From NCBI RefSeq assembly GCF_009914755.1, contig NC_060929.1: DNA of 64,000 nt; one strand, written 5' to 3'. Of the stretch, positions 36,640 through 50,600 are shown one piece after another. Position numbers and translations under genes: made by a program. The notes below the pieces were generated by a model that searched no databases, was not told the origin of the DNA, and saw nothing but the letters and a program-made list of their open reading frames with translations. The stretch is from the human T2T-CHM13v2.0 reference genome, Homo sapiens. Numbering within the stretch: position 1 is the first letter of the stretch; each line of letters starts with the position of its first letter.

Positions 36640-37961
36640 CAGGATGGCACAGGAGCAAGAGTAAGAATGGAATGGACAAGGGACTGATGGAAGTTAGGCT
36701 GGAAAGATCATTTAGGCCAGGGTGTTGAGAACAAAGTCCCTGTTCTGTAGTTCTATGGGGTGGGGAACATGACAGGATAAAAGCACCTTAGGAGGCTGCT
36801 GCTCTGGTTCAGGTGACTAGGGATGAAACCCAAGCCAGGGTTACCCTTGAGGTATAGTTAGAGCAGAAGAGGCAGGTGTGAGAAAGATCCAGAAAGAAGA
36901 CTGGCAAGGACATGGAGACTCAGACTTATTAGACACAGTGGCAAGGGAGACCAAGGAGCACAAGGGGCTGGGAGGACGGGGTGTCCCTCACCAGGACAGG
37001 AAGACAGGGTCTGAACTAGGTTTTTGTCTGAGGGTCATAGGGCAGAGAGTGTTCCAAGTAGTCTTTTAGACCATGCTAGGTTTAGGGCATATTGGGAGGC
37101 TGTCTGGTGGAAATAGAGGCAGGTAATGACAGATACAGGATTATATTCTGTGATGAGCAGGACTGGAAGTGAACCCCAATAAATAGGTAGCCACATGCAC
37201 ACTCAGTCTGTGTGTGTTGGGGGGAGGAGAGTGATCTGTGGGATTTAAGGTACTCAAGCTAGAGTGGAGAGGGCACTGCCTGAGGACAGGTAGTTTTGGC
37301 GGAGAGGCAATCTCCCAGTCAAGGGAAAGAACCAGGGCCTGAGAGGGCAGTGCAGCAGGAAGGCAGCCTCTACCCTGAGGCTGGGTCTGCCACTGTAGAG
37401 ACGAGAAGGTAAGAGGTGCCGTGAGGTCCTGACCTTGCAAGACTTCAAGGAGTGAGGATGGCCTGTCGGGGAGGAGTTTGCCCTCCCTGAACAGAGGCTG
37501 CCACCAGGGGCCCCAGGCATCCAAGCTGCCCACCCATGGCCCAGTGGAGATGGCTGCCTGTGCTCAGGTGCCCAGCAAAGCAACAGGCAATAGGCAGTCA
37601 GCTTGTACATGCCCCAGGCCTGCCTCTCCCTGCAGCCCCACTCCTGGCAGCCCAGCCTCCTATAATTGCCTTCTAAAAATATCCTTTCCCCACCCCCACC
37701 TCTTGATTTCAAAATATTTAGTTTTCAGGGTATTTAAAATGAGAGCTGGCGGCTCTTCCAGGCCCAGATAACAAAGCTAAACATTTATGCTTCGACTGCA
37801 TTTCTCTGAATCGGCTGAGATCTAGGGCTTGATATGGCAGCAGCAGGAGGGAGGGGAGTTGAGTGCGAGATGGATCACATGCAGGCCCCAAGGGCTGGGG
37901 GGCCACTGGCCCGCCCTGCCAAACCCCTCTAGGACCCTTCCCTCTGTCTGGGCCCACCTAC

Positions 37962-38080
37962 CGCTGTTGACGTAAAGCCGGCCCCGGACGGTGTCCTTCC
38001 CCAGGATGTTCTCGGCCTCGCAGACATACTCCCCAGCGTCCTCCACCTTCACCTTGTTGAACTGTAGTCGTGAGTTCTTT
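37962..38080 (-). CDS. NRG2: NRG2 Ig domain exon, second half ((R)KNSRLQFNKVKVEDAGEYVCEAENILGKDTVRGRLYVNS)
   Basis: ctaaccag|A ... G|gtaggt; 119 nt, phase 2-1; DAGEYVC Ig motif. Confidence 0.98.
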
Positions 38081-41000
38081 CTGGTTAGGGAGGGGATAAA
38101 AGGGGGAGAGGCGTGAGCCAGGGCCGGCTGTGGCTCCCCAGCAGTCACCCAGCGGTTGCCTCTCTCCACAGAGCCACAGTGGCCCTGCAGCTTAGATGGG
38201 AAGGAGATTCCCTCCCCCCAGCAATTTCTGGAGTCCAGGTGGGGCACGGAGTCCCTGCAGCTGCAGGGAGCCTTGGGCCCTTAGGACAACACAGGGCAGG
38301 ACTAGTGGCTGCTCACATGTCCTAAATCTATGATCCCTCACATCCGCTCTTCTAGGGCTGGACCATTGTAACATTCTTCTGGGGGAGTAAAGCCAGGCCC
38401 TGTAGGAAGTCACATGGCCACCTCCCTCATTCCCAGCTGCCTCTGCCTCTCCTGGGAAGTGGCAACCTGTCATTCTGGGTATGCAAGACCTGTTCCCAGA
38501 TACCCGGGAGGGCAGCTGTCCTGACGGATTCCCATGGTGATGGTGCCCAGACTCCTAGTCCAAACCTGGGGCTCTCCCTTGTTCTCAAAATCAGCGCTGC
38601 CACTAAGGGGCACTCTGTGGCTTCTCCAAGGGGTTTTTGTTTCATTCATTCATTCAACAAATGTTTACTGAGCACTTCCTGTGTGCCAGGAGCTTGTACA
38701 CCTTGGGGAACAAAAAGATCCTGGACTTGATCCTCAGGGCCAAACTGGGTGTTCTCTGCTTACAGAAGGGAAAACTGAGTCCTAGAGGGACTTCCTGACT
38801 TGCCCAAGGGCACTCGGCAAGGCAAAGGCAGAGGTATGCCAGGAGCTGCAGTTCATGAGGACGTGGGCTATCTCTGAGAAAAGCTGGGGCTAGCCCTGAA
38901 GCTTTGCACCTAGTCCCTGCATGCTGAGAACTGTGTAGGGCACCTGGCCTTGGTCCCCCTCTTCTTTCTGAAGCCCCAGCCAAACCTCTCCTTCCTTCTC
39001 AGAGTTTCCCTGCACCTACCCCAGGGTGCTTAGGCTCTGCAAGGGCCTGTTCACAGCCCTCACCCCTTCCTCTGCCTCCAAGGGCCAGCATGAGCTCTGG
39101 ATAAAGCCTGGGATCCCAGGCTGGCCCCCAGGAGGAAGCAAGAAGTAACACGGTAATTTCTGCACATGGTATGATCACCTCCTCTTTTTAGTGCTGAATT
39201 AAAAAGCCAGATTTCCAGCCTATGTGTAGTGGGCTGGAGAGATGGGGGAATACGAGGGAGGGCAGTAGAGCCATCATTGCCCTGAGCCTAGGGGATGTAA
39301 AACTGAGCTATGGAGCTGATGGGGTAAGGAGGCTGAGGAGAGGCAAGCAGATAGGCTGGGCCAGGGTCAAGGAGACGCAAACTGGCCCACAATCCCTACC
39401 TGGGCTGTCTCCACCTCTGATGGGGAGCCTCTTCCCAGGCATCCTGGCATCCTTACCCCAAGGTCCTCCCAACAAGGGTGCTACAAGATGGTCTTGTCTA
39501 TAGACCCTATTGCTATGGTAATGTCCTTGCTGATGCTGTGGTGACAGCTGCTTAACTATACCATATTCTTCCTGGCTCAAGCTGGTCTCTGTCTCCTTGG
39601 CCTGGTGCCGGCCCACAACCCTCTTCTGTCAATTATAATTTGTTCCCTTCATTAAAGAGAGCCCTGGAGGCCCCTCTGACTAAGACAGCATCTCTTTCCC
39701 TGCTCCAGCCAAATTAGATGCCACAAACTCCAGCTTGCCCAGGGTATGGCTTCTCTCACTTCCCTGTGCACACACCAGATTAGCAGGGAAGGGGGATCGC
39801 CTGAGGGTCCGGGGGTGGGGGTGTTGATGCACAGGGGACTCAGAGCCAGATTCTCCTTGTCACCCCCCTGGAATTCAGAGGCGCTTCCCTTATACAGCAT
39901 CATATGTAGCAGGACGTGGCAGAATGTTAAGGAAGGATTCCCCACATGCAGGCATGTGAGACCTGGAGAAGGCAGGCACAGGTCTCTAGGAGTGCCCCTT
40001 CCTTCTGAGGAACAAGAAAGAGGCAGGGGACAGAGATAATGACCCTGAGGCTTGCTGCAGATGTCCTAGGTTAGCAGCTGTCTGATGATTTCATAGAAGC
40101 CGGCCCCAGAGATGCACACGGGGCTCTGGGTCCTGGCTAAGGGGCAGGGCTCTGAGGGTTTCTCAGCCCCTGCAGGAACTGGAGTCACCACCTTCTCCCT
40201 CCTCACTCCCAGCTCCAGGTGGAAGCCTGAGGATCCAGGACTCTCCTGTCTCCCTGGCAGGCCGCGTGCTGTGCTCTGCTCCTGGTGTCCCATCACATGC
40301 TGACCCAAGTTTGCCCTGAGATGGTGACCACGCCCTCCCCCCTCCCCCCTACCTCCCCAGCTGGTTCTCTGCTGGCAGGGACAGGATCTGGGCAGCTGTG
40401 TCCTCCACATTTTCCTCAGCGCCTACCCCCGCCCCCCGCCCCCTGCCTGCTCAAGGGGCCTGTTCCAGCCTGCCCCTCATAAACAAGGGAACATGCGATT
40501 CTGCAGGGAAGGCCCCGTGCCCAGGATTTGGGGGGGCAGTTTGCTCCTGGCACAGGAAGGCTTGGGTGAGATGTTTCAGTGCAGTGGGCACAAAGACAGA
40601 CAGCACCCTCTGAGGAGGGGTCTCTACAGGTCAACAGAGATGCCCAGACAGAGTGCGGCCCGGGCAGGGAGAGTGCTAGGAGGTAGGGGAGCCAGCTGTT
40701 GTGTGGGCAGACAAGACAGAGAACATTTTGCCAGAAAGCAGACTCCTGCCACTGCCCCTGGCCCCTCTACTAGGTGAGATGTGTAGTGTAGGATGGGTAG
40801 GTGTGCAGGTGGCCGTTCTCTCTAAGTCACTCCGAGGGCGCCTTGGTCGCAGGGAGTCAGAAGTTCTCTATGATGGCCCACTCCTCCACCACTGACAACT
40901 CACTGCTGAGAGCCCAGGGGCAGAACAGGGAGAACAGGGAAGTTTCCAGATGCAGCAAATGGGGCAGGGCCCTGAAAGGTAGGGAGCAGGGGGCACACTT

Positions 41001-44000
41001 TAGACTCTTAGGGGTCCATAATACCCAGGAGGAGAAGACCAGTCCCTGTTTCTGGATTCTTTAGATGAAACTGAGGCTTAACCAGGACAGTAACTGGTTC
41101 AGAAGGCTAGAACCATCCAAAAGGTCTCATGCCCAGTCTCAGTGGGACTCTACACCCAGGAGAGGAGGGCTAGTCCTGCAAGATTCTCGTCAGTTCAGCC
41201 CTCAGTGTAGAGCTCTCTGTCAGGTTCTATAGCGGAGAAGGGGGTATCTGGGTACAGGGATCCAGGCTTTGAGGCTCTCTCATGCTGGAAGGAGAGACAG
41301 ATCCCTCTACAAAGCAATGAAGCCATGTCTAAGGCACCATGGGAGGAGACAATGAGAGCTGCCTAGAGGGCTTAGGAAGGTGTCCCAGAGAGAAGACAGT
41401 TAAGCTGGGCCTTGGAGAGCCTTGCCAGGGACAAGTGAGGGGAGGAGGGCTGCCAGCATAGGGAACAGCCTGGGCCCAAGTCCAGAGCCATGAAAGGAAA
41501 GACCAGCGGCCGAGAGTGTGGCAGTGTGAGGAAACTGCATGGCAGTGACTTGTAGGCCAGGAAGAGGAGTCGGAAGAGCCCCAAGGCTGTACCTGGCATG
41601 CAGTAGGCTCTCAAGCTCTGTCTTGAATGGATGATTGAATACATGTTCCTGTTAGAAAGATCATTTCCCGTCAGACACTCATGGGGGTCAGTGACTCTGT
41701 GGACCTCTAGAATTACAAACAAACTGGGTACATAAGCCACATTTTTTTTTCCTGAAGAAAAGGACAAGGTGTCTACCAGATTCTATAGTAGAAGCTAGAC
41801 TAGAGACTCATGAAGGTAAGTTTTGTTTTGTTCACTGACATATCTTGAGCCTCTAGCAGAGTGCCTGGCACATAGTTGATACTCAATACAGATATTTTAG
41901 ATTCAGAAATGAATTCTCAGAGGGGCCTGTGGTCCAGAAAAGGTGGGGAGTGGCCAAGAGTGGGACAGAGGAGGAAGGCTCGAGGCAGGGAGGCCAGATA
42001 AGAAATGTGCAGGAGGAGGGAAAGAGGCACGACCCCCTGGGCAGACGACAAAGGGTCAGGGGTTGAGCAGCAGAGAGTCTGGTTGAGCCACAGTTGAGAG
42101 GGGAACACATGAGGGAGAGAAAGGACTACAGCAGGCAGGGGAGAGGCCAGATTGGGCCTTCAGAATCAGAAATGTCTGTGAGGCATCTCAGGTGTGGTAT
42201 CTAGTGTCTCTCTGGCAGCATGGGTCTGGAGCTCAGGTAAAAAAGCCATTGTGTCTGGATATGGAGACTTGGGGTCTCAGATTCTTAAAGCAACAGGAGA
42301 AGGTGAAATCACCCACAGGCGGAAAGGGAGGAAAGAAAATAGTGAGGCCCAAAGCTCAGGAAAGTTCCAGCATTGATGGCAACTAAGAGACAGTGTCCAG
42401 ACTCACAGCAAGACTAGGAGGAGCACCACAGGGCCCGGGGAGCAGGTATTCCCAGGCCGAGGCCGCTGAGAGGCCTGGAGGCCTGAGCCAGGAAGTGCAA
42501 AGATAACTGCGGTTTCTCCAGGACCACAGCCATCGAGAGGTTGGGATGTAACTGAAGGGCAGATTCCAGCAGGTCAAAGAGTGAGTGGAGGACGAGAGTG
42601 CGCAGTCAGTGGGCATGAGGCTAGCTCCCTCAGTGACTTCATATGGTGGTGGAGGGCGGAAGTGAGATGGGGCAACCGCTGGAGGGCCAGGGGAGCAGCA
42701 GCGTGGAGGGACAGCATTTGAGAAAAAAAGTCACGGGCGTGGGTTTGTTGGTAGGGAGAGAAAGCTGAAGTTACCAGAGAAAGGAGTGAGTTGGTGGTAC
42801 CAGGGCTCTGTGGGTGTGTGTGTGTGGTGGGGGGGAATGTGCGGGAGGGAGGGTGAGTATGAGTGTGTGGCACCAGGTAGGGTGGGATGATGATAGGCAG
42901 GTTGTAGACATGTTTGGGAGCCATGAGGAGGGAAAGGGGGGCTCTCCTGACTTTCGTCACTGCAGTGAAGTAGGGGAGAAACCATCTTCTAGAAAGAAAG
43001 GATAGGAGGGAGACGGGACCCAACTGCCCCAGCTCCAAGAAGCCTGCCCATTCTCTCCAGCTTGGAAGCAGCCTTGGTAGGGCAGTGAGAAGGGGTGGGG
43101 TGGTCTCGGAAGGTGGGCTGGGTGGGCAGCCAGAGCTTCTTGCCAATGCTGTAGACAAGGGACATATAGAACCCCCCACTCGCCACTGGCCATGGCAAGT
43201 TCCTTAGGAAGCGGCATTCTTTCAGCCACAAACCTTTGATCTAAGCCAAACTCTTCCTTAATTACATTCTGTTTTCTGCCAGGATCATTTTCTTGAGTGA
43301 TCAGTTTTACTTCTGCTCCCCATTCTTGGAAGGAGAATCAGAGAACTGGAAGTAACTCCCAGTCCCCTGACTCCTTTAACCTCTTTTACAGGTTCCAGAG
43401 TCTGAGGGCCAGAGGCAGGGCATGGACATCCAGCCCCACATGGCAAACCCAAGCAGCCTGCCCAGCCCTGGCCTTCTACCACTTTTTGTTGTGGGCAGGC
43501 TGGTGTGCTCTAAAACCATCCTAATTTGCATTTTGTGTGTGTGGTGGGGCGGTGAGGAGGAAAATGACAGCCAGGAAAGGAGTGGTTGTAAGCTACTCTG
43601 GGAGGGAGGGTAGAAAAGGTTTGGGAGCTCCTCAGTCAGAGAGGGAAGGCCACTAGGTCCCCGGAGCCAACAGAGCAGACATCAGGTAGAATGCCTGTTT
43701 AGCTGGCAGGCAGGGGTTTTCCCCCTTGCTTCTCCTTGAGAGGCAGCAGAGAGGTGGTGGGCTGCCTTGGACTAGCGGCTTCTCTGGTGCCAGAAGCCCC
43801 CTGCCTGACCCAGCCAAGATGGAAGACAGGCCATCTCCCATAGCCTAGAGACTCAGGGAACTTCTCTGATTCACTTCCCTGGAGCACTGATTCAGGATTA
43901 AAGACAATTCTCAACTTTTAGGGGGAAACCGTCTGAGGAACAGAGTTCTCCAACACCAATCAAAGTGTTGCTCCCTTTTCCCTTACCTAGCTCTCTGACA

Positions 44001-44445
44001 ACTGACAGCTTGCTAAGCTGAGAAACCAGCCCATCATGTGTGACCTCCCAGAGGCATTCTGGAGTCAGGGTCTTTCACCAAAGATTGCCAAATGTTGGGG
44101 CTTTCAGACGCTACAGCAGGTTTTTCAAGAAGTTTTAGAGATGAGCAGGGTCTTCCACTGATCAAGCTGACTGTGACAGTCAAATTGCCTTCAACTATCC
44201 AGAGAAGTTAAAGGCTTAATTCTTGTCTGTGGTCTGCAAGACCCTGGGCCACCATGACCAGAGGGTCCCCGAGCTGCAGGAAGAAGGCTGGGAGTGGCAA
44301 GGAAGGGGAGTATGGAGAGGGGCTGGGACTGGTTCCATGGGTGAGTCTGGGGGCACAGCCCTGGCCTCTGCCCAGTTCAGGCCACTCCTTCTCGAGAGGA
44401 GGGAGGGCAGCTGCTTGGATGGAGGACAGGCTGGATATTGCTTAC

Positions 44446-44617
44446 CTGCCGTTGCCATATTTGATGCGAATGTCTCGGCTGCGGTTGAGCTCCTTGCCAT
44501 CCTTGAACCAACGGTAGGAAGGCTGGGGATTACCGGCTGCTGCCTCACACTTCAGCGATTGCTTCTCACCCACCTGTCCCGTCTGGCTCTTCATCTTCTT
44601 CAACTTGGGCCGGGTGG
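44446..44617 (-). CDS. NRG2: NRG2 Ig domain exon, first half ((A)TRPKLKKMKSQTGQVGEKQSLKCEAAAGNPQPSYRWFKDGKELNRSRDIRIKYGNG(R))
   Basis: cccacag|CC ... AG|gtaag; 172 nt, phase 1-2; Ig Cys and WFKDG motif. Not present in the ORF track; translated by hand. Confidence 0.97.
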
Positions 44618-44839
44618 CTGTGGGTTACAAGGCAGGTAGGTGAGCACGGTGGTGGTAGGGGCAGTGCCAAGCATGAGTAGTGGAGAGTAAGGGCCACTGT
44701 CTTTGGGCTGGAACTGGGGAAGGGAAGGGTGATCCTGAGAGCCACCCCTCCTAGTGTCATTTCCTAGTTCAATTCAATAAGCATTTATAATGAGTCTGTG
44801 ATGACATCAATGTAGTTATAACTTATGGAGAGTTTCCTT

Positions 44840-45020
44840 CATGCCTTGAATGGTATGAAGCTTTACATTAGCTTATGAAACCTTCACAGTAACCCCATGA
44901 GCTCACAGCAATGGTTAAACCCACTTACAGATGGGGAAACAGAGGCTCGGAATGGTGAAGTCACTTCCCTAAGGGCAGATGATGGAACTGGGATTCAAAC
45001 ACAGATCTCCTTGACATCAG
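44840..45020 (-). mobile_element. MIR SINE
   Basis: ccacttacagatggggaaacagaggctc...ctgggattcaaac; boundaries approximate. Confidence 0.7.
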
Positions 45021-45221
45021 TGCTCAGGATCTAAAATCATGGGTAACAAGCCATGGGGCTGTACTGGTGGGCTCAGGCCCAATCACGGATGCAAAGCTGC
45101 AAATGCCAAGCTGAGAGGCTGTCCCCATTTTTCTTAAACGCCATTCTATTTCCGCATGCCCCAGTCTCCCATGCTTCACTTCCTTGCTCCTCTCCCCACC
45201 ACCAAAATACAAAACAAAACA

Positions 45222-45245
45222 ACACACACACACACACACACACAC
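45222..45245. repeat. (CA)12 microsatellite
   Basis: Direct reading. Confidence 0.95.
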
Positions 45246-46429
45246 CCTGAAAGAGAAAGTACTCTCTTCTCAGGAAGATGAGGCTAAGCCAGTGCTCGTG
45301 CTGAGGTGTATAACAATTTCCAGTGGGATAGTCCCTTACAGGATACACAAAGCCTTCATGCAGGCTCTCGTTTGGTCCCTGACCTCTGTGAGGCAGTGTC
45401 ATACTGACACTGATGGTGCAGATGAGACTCAGAGAGGTGAAGAAACTTGCCTGAAGCCACATAGCCAGGCAGCCACAGAGCTGGGACCAAAGCTCAGGTA
45501 TCAAGATTTGCCACGTGTTAGGCTGGTAGCAGGATGGTGTCTGATTTTGTGGTCTTATTTCTCTCTGTGAGATGGTTAAAAGCCTTCCAGTAGCAGAAGG
45601 GAGGGTCTGTTGGAGCCAGGGAGTTGTCTGGGAACTGATTGGCCCTGTCTCGGCCATTGGTCCTTTCCCTAGCAACTCAGAGTGCTGACAATGGGCCAGA
45701 GCTGGCTCTGGAGAAAGGCAGGCAAGAGGGCCTGGCTAGAACAGGGGTCCCCTCATTGAACTTCACCCTGAGCTGCTGCATATACGCAGGGAGTAGATGA
45801 GAGGGGCACAGGGCACAGAGGAAGCACAGAAAGGAAGACTTTAAAAATGTATGACGTAGGCTTACACAATGATTCTCGTAAAATAATTTTGTTCATTTTA
45901 GAAAATGAAAAAATACAGAGGAGTGAAAAAAGAAGAAAACAAAACCTTCCTTTGTCTCCATACTCATAAATAACACCTCCCCCCATTTTTAAACAAAATG
46001 GAATCAATGCCATTTGTGGATAATAATAACAATAATAGCTAACCTTTGTTAAATGCTCTCTATGTGCCAGGCTCTATGTATTCTTTCATTTAATGAAACA
46101 GTGTAACCCTTTCGCCTGGGTGTTAAATATTAATAATAGCATTTCCCAAAGTGTATTCTATAAGCAGGAGTATCTGGAGAGATGAAAACAGATATTACTT
46201 GACAAGAGGGTTCCATGGGAAAATGGGTTTGGAGAGCATGTGGGTTAAGCATAGTTAAAGAAGTATCTATCAACTTCAGTATCGTTCTCTAAGTGGGGGC
46301 CTTGAAACCTTTTTTCTTGGAACTCTTGGTAGCATTTCAAGGAAATGAAAGTTATGTGGAACAAATTCTATGACTTATATGTGTATTTGTTTGTGTATAT
46401 ATATATTTCAACAATGATTCCATTGAATA

Positions 46430-47620
46430 TATATATATAAACATATATTTTGACAGATATTAACATGATTCAAAATTCAAGAAGTGAAAAGAGGTATATG
46501 GATTAAAAAACAAGTCTCTCTCTAACTTCTGGCCACAACCACACAGTTGTCTTTCTAGGAGATAATCAATCTTATGGGTTCCTTTGACCTCCTTTCAGAA
46601 ATATTTTATGCATATACAAATCCCGCACCCCCGAGTATTCACACACTCAGTTTTTCTTACAGCATCATTTTTCATGGTTGCATAATGTTCCTGTATGGGT
46701 GTATCATAACTTATGTAACTGATTCCTGTGTGGAACATTTAGCATGCCCCCTCCCCCTTCCCATTACAAACAACCCCAAAAGAACATCCTTGCAGCTTTA
46801 TCTTTGCACACACCCCATGTATACTGCTGTATGGGGGAGGATGGCTCTAGACTCAGGCTGTCTGGCTTTCAATCCAGACTTTGCTACTTGTTAGATTTGT
46901 GTCCAAGAATTAACTTCATTCGTTTGCGCCTCAACTTCCACAGCTGTAAAATACAGGAGATAAATAATAGCTCTTACCTCTTGGGATGATGGCTGTGAGG
47001 ATTATATGAGACAATGCATGTAGAGCCTGGCACATAGAGAGCATTTAACAAAGGTTAGCTATTATTATTATTATTCACAATTATTTCCTAAGGCGATCTT
47101 CCTAAAAGTGGAATTGCTGCGTCAGAAGGTATGCAATCTTTCTCAGCTTTGTACATTGCCAAATTGCCCTTTGGAAAGGTTGCACCAATTTGCGCTCCCC
47201 CCAGTGAATGACAGTGCCTGTTTTTTCCACACACTCACCAACACGAGGTATTATCATGTCTTTAATCTTTGCCAATTAGCTAGGCAAAAGATAACGTCTC
47301 TTTGTCATTTTAATTTGCATTTATTTGATTACTGATGAGGCTGAACATTTTTCATGAGTGTATTGGCCCATTGTATTTCTTCTTTTTGAATTGCCTGTTC
47401 ATGCATGCAGTCTGTTTTCCTATCGAGTGCTCATCCTAGTGATTTGTAAGAACTTTTTATAAATATTAAGGCTATTAACCTTTTGCTACAAAGTTTTTTC
47501 CCCTCAGTTACCTGCTTTTTTTATATTGCTGGTTCTTCTTCTTCGTCTTTTTCTTTTCTTTTCTTTCTTTCTTTCTTTCTTTTTTTTTTTTTTTTTGGCA
47601 CCCAGAGATTCTATGTGCAT
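46430..47620 (-). mobile_element. Old L1 (L1M-type) fragments interrupted by a MIR (about 46850-47075)
   Basis: Antisense L1 motifs (aagtggaattgctg, ttttaatttgcattt, gaggctgaacatttttcat); boundaries approximate. Confidence 0.7.
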
Positions 47621-50600
47621 CAATCTAACAATCTGTTGGACTTTTTGGAACTTCATTATTCTAAGTGTGACTGAAATCCTGCTTTATCTTCCTTCCCTTA
47701 CCCACCTCCCTCCCTCCTGCATCTGCTCTGGAGTCCCCAGTCATTGCTTATGTTAGGTCTTAACCCTGGATGCTAATCGGAATCACATGGGAAGCTTTAC
47801 AAGTCAGGTACCTGGGACATATCCTAGGCATTCTGAAGCAGGAGCTGTGAGTGTGGGTTCGGGTTGTGGGTTCTAAAGGGCTCTTCAGGTGTGTTCCTTT
47901 ATTTTTGGAAATGTAACATACATTCAGGAAAGTGCACATATTATAAGTGTATATAGCTCAATGACTGGTTACAAACTGAACACATATGCACAGGTGGCTT
48001 TGTGCTAAGATTGGGTTGACACCTGGTGATGATCTAACCTCTTGGTCAAGTGATGACCTCCAACTAGTCCCTTCTCCTTTCTTATGAACTGGGGACACAA
48101 CACAGAGAGCTCTTATCAGGTGCTAAAGTTTCCCCTTACCTCACTTGGAGTGTGTTGACTTTTCTTGCAACTCAGAGACAAGGGAACTGCCTGTCTCCAC
48201 CATCATGAGCCACTTCCCTCCCAACAAGATGGTGGGGGATGGCGGTGGCCGCTGGTGGGAGGAAGCAGGGGTTACTCTACCACCTTGGTTCCTGACATGA
48301 GTTCCAGTGCTGTATTATGCACTGAGCCTGTGGCCACTGCTTAGTGGTGATGGTGATGGGCTAGGGGGATGTGTTGCATAGAGACTGCTCCCAGAAACAG
48401 TAGGCATGGCCCTAATTCAGAGGGCCTGAGGAACTGAGAGCTCCAAAGTAATCGCCGGCCACCAATGGAAAACACAGGACCGCATTTCAGATCACAGGGA
48501 GCCCACTCCATCTAGTGAGAACCTTGTGTGACTCAGTAGCCATTTCTGGATAGTCCACTCACTTCAGAACAACCCTATCTAGTTCACCTGTTCCTTATTC
48601 ATTTATTCAGTTCATTCCAAATGAATTCATTCATTCATTCAACCATACCAAGAAATAAGCATCCTACTGTTAGGGAGCCTGAATTTTAGTGAGGGGGACA
48701 ATAAACAAAACATCAACAGGAAATATGAGACAGTTAAAAAAAAAAAGCAGCTGGATAAAGACCCTAAGGTGGGAATGAGCTTGATGAGTTCATGGGGCCA
48801 AAAGAGGCCTATATGGCTGGAAGATAGTAGAAGATGGGCAGGGTCTGAGGGGAGCCTGGAGAGGTAGGTAGGGCCCAGGTTGACATGGGGCTGTGCAAGC
48901 CAGGATGAGAAGTCTGGATTTATTTTGTACATTAAAAAAAAACTATTTATGTGCCTACTAGAAATTTTTAAATTACATATGTGGATTGCATTATATTTCT
49001 ATTGGACAGCCCTGGTTTAAAGGATGACAAAATAAAAATAACCATACATTTGAATCATGCCACGTTCTTTACAGAGTTTTCTTTTATAGCTCTTAACGGT
49101 TCCTCGGAATCATCTGTGATGCTAAAAGCCATGCCTCCTGCTCTAGCAGCTGCAAGTCCTGGTCTTTGCTCACAGGCAATCCTAGTTTGCAGTGATTTGA
49201 AAGTTGAAAGCCAGGGTTGGGCAAACCTTGTAGGAAAGTTCCTTGGGGTCAGGGGGCAGTGGCAGCAGCTCAGGTGGCAGGAAAGAGAAGAATGTACACC
49301 AGATGGCCTCGGAACAATGTCCTCCACATCCGCACTCCTGGGCCTAGAGCCCTGCCAGGTTTTCTGTGGCAAAGATTGAGGTGACCTCCCCAAGATGGCC
49401 CTGGATTGGTTTTGTAGGTGTGCTGGGAAGGCATTAGAGGCTATAAGTTGGGGGATGACCTGATCTTACTTTCTGCATGTTAAGCTCATTCTTATCCTGA
49501 GCCACCATCCTTTCTCTATGCATCCTCTAGCCATTGGATCTAGTACCAGGCCCTGGGGTCATGTGGGATAAGGCTGAGGGGCTGTTCACATAGCAGACAT
49601 TTATGCATCCAGAGACAGCTCTAACGGGACCTCAGACATGACTGGGCTAGATCGGCCCCTCACCTAGACACCCTCTCTGAGCTAGGTCTGGTATTGCCTG
49701 TTTCTCTTTTACAGCCCAGGGCCCACACTACAATGCTAGTGTATGGGTATAGAGATCATCGCACCATGTCTCAAGAATGTCTTGGGGCCAGAGCTGAACC
49801 AAGCAGAGGAACAGGCTTCCTGGGATGCATGGGATCTGTCAGGGAAAGAACTGAAGCAATGCAGTGGGCAGGCATTTATCCCCCATTCAGTCGACACTCT
49901 GATCCCTACCGCTGCTCCTTCCCCACAGATGGAGGGGTAGGCAGCAAGCTGATGGACTACTTGGGCCCTTGAGTATTGAGCACCTCTCCTTTCCCCTGTT
50001 TATTGAATGCCTGCTATGAGCCAGGTTCTGTGTTTGGCCCCAGACAGAAATGATCCGCTGTATATGGAGTAACCACCCCTACTCCGCAAAGAGTTTAGCT
50101 TGTCCCCTTCTGTTGTTGTTTTGTTACATAAGAAATTTTTGTTGTGAAAAAATTACACAAGTAAGGAAAAAGAAAAACACATTTAAATCAATTCAATTAC
50201 CAACAGAGAGAAAGCCACTGTAGGCATTTTCAAATGTCTGCCAAAAGACTTTTCTCTCCAAAATGCTTTATATCCCATTTTTCTCAGTCAATATACATTC
50301 AAAACATTTTTCCAAGTCTAGAATCATTTCAGTAGCTGCATAATATTTCATTGTTCAGATGAGCATATTAGGTTGTCTCCAACGTTCTGCTAATAATAAC
50401 AATATTGCAATGAATTTCTCCATAAATTCAGCTTTGTGGCTGAAGGGAGGAGCAGCAGTCCTGGGGGTTCATGCATATTTTCTCATGCAGAAAGGGGACC
50501 CTCAAAGGTCCAGCACACAGAAGAGTGGACAGATGAGAGGCATCTAGCAAAAGCAAGAGGAAGTTCTGTGTGCACAAGAAAGGGGAGAAAGTTCCCAGCA

